Assembly (NCBI RefSeq): GCF_044755465.1
Contig: NZ_JBIVRB010000010.1
Location: 27,517-91,516, forward strand
Length of the DNA stretch: 64,000 bases
Direction: 5' to 3'
Source: Streptomyces sp. NPDC092296
GTDB lineage: Bacteria > Actinomycetota > Actinomycetes > Streptomycetales > Streptomycetaceae
Shown here piece by piece: positions 61,740-64,000 of the stretch. Position 1 is the first letter of the stretch. Each line of letters starts with the position of its first letter. The position numbers and the translations under genes are program-made. Under the pieces are notes generated by a model, which saw only the letters and a list, made by a program, of their open reading frames with translations, made no database searches and was not told where the DNA came from.

Positions 61740-63083
61740 TCAGTGGCTTCCGCTGCGGAACAGGTCGATGGCCGGCAGGTGCTTGGCGCGCAGCTCCGGG
61801 TCGCGGACGCCGAGGCCCTCGCGGGGCGCCAGGCAGAGCACGCCGACCTTGCCCTGGTGGCGGTTGTGGTGCACGTCCAGTGCCGCCTGTCCGGTCTGCT
61901 CCAGCGGGTAGACCTTGGACAGGGTGGGGTGGATCTTCCCCTTGGCGATCAGGCGGTTGGCCTCCCATGCCTCCCGGTAGTTGGCGAAGTGCGAGCCGAC
62001 GATCCGCTTGAGGCTCATCCAGAGGTAGCGGTTGTCGTACTGGTGCATGTACCCGGAGGTGGAGGCGCAGGTCACGATGGTGCCGCCCTTGCGGGTGACG
62101 TACACGGAGGCGCCGAAGGTCTCCCGGCCGGGGTGCTCGAAGACGATGTCGACGTCCTCGCCGCCGGTCAGCTCGCGGATGCGGGCGCCGAGCCGCTTCC
62201 ACTCCCCGGGGTCCTGGGTGTGCTCGTCGCGCCAGAACCGGTAGTCCTCCGCGCTGCGGTCGATGATCGCCTCGGCGCCCATCGCCCGGCAGATCTCGGC
62301 CTTGCGGTCGCCCGAGACCACACAGACCGGGGTGGCGCCGCCGGCCAGCGCGTACTGGGTGGCGTACGACCCCAGGCCGCCGCCGGCGCCCCAGATCAGC
62401 ACATTGTCGCCCTGCTTCATCCTGGCGCCGTTGGACGAGACCAACTGCCGGTACGCGGTGGAGTTGACCAGGCCGGGGGCGGCGGCCTCCTCCCAGCTGA
62501 GGTGGCCCGGCTTGGGCATCAGCTGGTTGCTCTTGACCAGGGCCAGTTCGGCCAGGCCGCCGAAGTTGGTCTCGAAGCCCCAGATCCGCTGCTCGGGGTC
62601 GAGCATGGTGTCGTTGTGGCCGTCGGCGCTCTCCAACTCCACCGAGAGGCAGTGCGCGACCACCTCGTCACCCGGCTGCCAGGCGTTGACGCCGGGCCCG
62701 GTGCGCAGCACCACCCCGGCCAGGTCGGAGCCGACCACGTGGTAGGGCAGGTCGTGGCGGGCGGCGAGCGGGGACAGCTTCCCGTAGCGCCGCAGGAAGG
62801 CGAAGGTGGAGACCGGTTCGAAGATCGAGCTCCACACGGTGTTGTAGTTGACGGCGCTGGCCATCACCGCGACCAGGGCCTCGCCGGGGCCCAGCTCGGG
62901 GACGGCGATCTCGTCCAGGTGCAGGGAGCGGCGCGGGTCCTTCTCCCGGCTGTCGAGGCCGTCGAACATCTGCTCCTCGTCCCGGTGCAGGGTCACCGCC
63001 CGGTAGGACTCCGGCACCGGCAGTGCGGCGAAGTCGGCGGCGGTGCTGCCGGGGTTGAGGATCGCGTCGAGGATTTCCTTCAT
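61740..63083 (-). CDS. ccr: Crotonyl-CoA carboxylase/reductase
   Basis: ATG at 63083 (SD GGAGG) gives the 447-aa protein MKEILDAILNPGSTAADFAALPVPESYRAVTL... with an MDR fold and GAGGGLGSYATQ NADPH motif. The track's 541-aa version is over-extended. Confidence 0.9.
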   Translation of the reverse strand: MKEILDAILNPGSTAADFAALPVPESYRAVTLHRDEEQMFDGLDSREKDPRRSLHLDEIAVPELGPGEALVAVMASAVNYNTVWSSIFEPVSTFAFLRRYGKLSPLAARHDLPYHVVGSDLAGVVLRTGPGVNAWQPGDEVVAHCLSVELESADGHNDTMLDPEQRIWGFETNFGGLAELALVKSNQLMPKPGHLSWEEAAAPGLVNSTAYRQLVSSNGARMKQGDNVLIWGAGGGLGSYATQYALAGGATPVCVVSGDRKAEICRAMGAEAIIDRSAEDYRFWRDEHTQDPGEWKRLGARIRELTGGEDVDIVFEHPGRETFGASVYVTRKGGTIVTCASTSGYMHQYDNRYLWMSLKRIVGSHFANYREAWEANRLIAKGKIHPTLSKVYPLEQTGQAALDVHHNRHQGKVGVLCLAPREGLGVRDPELRAKHLPAIDLFRSGSH

Positions 63084-63260
63084 GGCTGCCTCCGAAGGCG
63101 TACCTGCGTGAGGGGGCGCAGGGCGTCTGGGGGAGCCGGGAGCGGACACCGGCTTGAGGGTCTGTGAGGGGGGAGTGTGGGGCCGTCCCGGGTTGCGGGA
63201 GCGGTGGGCGGGACACGGCGCGCCGAGGTGGGGAGCCGCGGCGCCGCGACCGGTGGCAGT

Positions 63261-63285
63261 AACGTACTGGCACTCTGTGCCAGTC
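63261..63285. promoter_or_regulatory. Overlapping palindromes upstream of ccr (candidate TetR operator)
   Basis: The sequence cagtaacgtactg overlaps tactggcactctgtgccagt. It lies between the TetR gene end and the ccr start. Confidence 0.4.
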
Positions 63286-63427
63286 GTAAAGACACTGCGT
63301 GCCAGCAGTTTCCTCCAGCGTCGCCCGCCCGCCGCCGCACCGCAACAGCAGCGCCGGCCGGGCATGGCGAAGGGCCCGCCCCGCAGTCGCGGAACGGGCC
63401 CTTGGATCAGGCGCTGACCAGGCGGTT

Positions 63428-64000
63428 TCAGTCGGCCGGGCGCTGCCCGGCCCGGTCGGCGGGCGCGCTGAGCGCCGTCCGGATGCTGTCGAGCACCTGG
63501 TCCAACGGCGCATCGGTACGGGCCACTGTGATCAGCACCTCACCGCTCGGCGTGGCGCTCACCGCGCTGCCGACCACATGTTCCAGTGCCATCTGCGACT
63601 CCCGCATGGCACTGGGTGCCACACCGGTGCCACGCCGCCGCCCCGCCGTCGGCGCCTGCGCCCAGAACGTCCCCCGGATGACCTCGAAGGCATGGTCGAG
63701 CTGCGCCTCCACATCGCCCCGGCCGCCCGCCCGCAGCCAGCGGCGCAGCACATGGTTGTGGGCCGCGACCACCGCCGCCGCCGACACCTCGGCCAGCATC
63801 GGATCGTCGTCGCCGCCCCGCCGCCAGGTGGGGGAACGTTCCACCGCCGCGTCGAAGCGGCCCAGCAGATAGCGGGTGAACAGCCGCTCGTAGCGGGCCA
63901 CCACCGCGATCTCCCGCTCGCGCAGCGTCGGCACCTGCCGGATCAGCCGGTAGCGGGCCACCGACACCGACGGGGTGGAGGCGTACATCCGCAGCACCTC
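63428..64000 (-). CDS. TetR-family regulator, C-terminal ligand domain (N-terminal HTH beyond window end)
   Basis: TetR_C-like helices are present (..AAVVAAHNHVLRRWL..). The ORF reaches the window edge. By analogy to TetR regulators of ccr operons, it is likely the pathway regulator. Confidence 0.55.
   Translation of the reverse strand, partial: EVLRMYASTPSVSVARYRLIRQVPTLREREIAVVARYERLFTRYLLGRFDAAVERSPTWRRGGDDDPMLAEVSAAAVVAAHNHVLRRWLRAGGRGDVEAQLDHAFEVIRGTFWAQAPTAGRRRGTGVAPSAMRESQMALEHVVGSAVSATPSGEVLITVARTDAPLDQVLDSIRTALSAPADRAGQRPAD

Overview
This is a high-GC, Streptomyces-like actinomycete chromosomal window with densely packed genes and frequent ATGA/GTGA start/stop overlaps.

Positions 1-17.9 kb look like the edge of a hybrid biosynthetic gene cluster:
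- A partial NRPS on the minus strand begins with a condensation domain (HHLLCDG) and runs into an adenylation domain.
- A divergent plus-strand operon encodes a KASIII-like protein, an ATP-grasp ligase, a fold-type-III PLP decarboxylase, a stand-alone carrier protein, a truncated KASIII-like protein and an ACAD-C-terminal-like protein. This BtrJ/BtrK/BtrI-like arrangement suggests ACP-tethered aminoacyl chemistry.
- A SARP regulator follows.
- A 10-gene translationally coupled minus-strand type II KS/CLF operon encodes ACP, KS-alpha, an alpha/beta hydrolase, a tandem-hotdog thioesterase, a Cys-less KS-beta, two hotdog dehydratases, FabG, a DsbA/HCCA-isomerase-like protein and an ACAD.
- An Sfp-type PPTase lies next to it.

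The remaining 46 kb is mostly housekeeping and accessory content:
- an LAETG sortase substrate with a long (STAG)n repeat;
- an MFS pump with a GntR+TetR dual-HTH regulator;
- glnII;
- two cobalamin-biosynthesis operons (cobI-cobM-cobL-cbiGH-cbiX-ThrP decarboxylase, and cbiB-cobQ-cobN-chlID-cobO-cobB), each preceded by a near-identical B12 riboswitch;
- an NfeD-like protein plus flotillin, an esterase, a lipoprotein, a saccharopine-dehydrogenase-like protein, an FAD oxidoreductase and hydrolases;
- a MarR/MFS pair and pssA-psd;
- the ethylmalonyl-CoA pathway operon ccr-meaA-mcl-mch-mcd with a partial upstream TetR.

Unusual sequence features:
- in-frame short tandem repeats that form C-terminal tails of cluster enzymes;
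- tandem-repeat arrays in intergenic regions, including a 125-bp duplication, an 18-bp x ~10 array, and 16-19-bp hairpin repeats;
- a roughly 55-nt G homopolymer inside the ethylmalonyl-CoA operon, which is probably an artefact.

All calls rest on reading the sequence and ORF translations by eye; no database searches were run.
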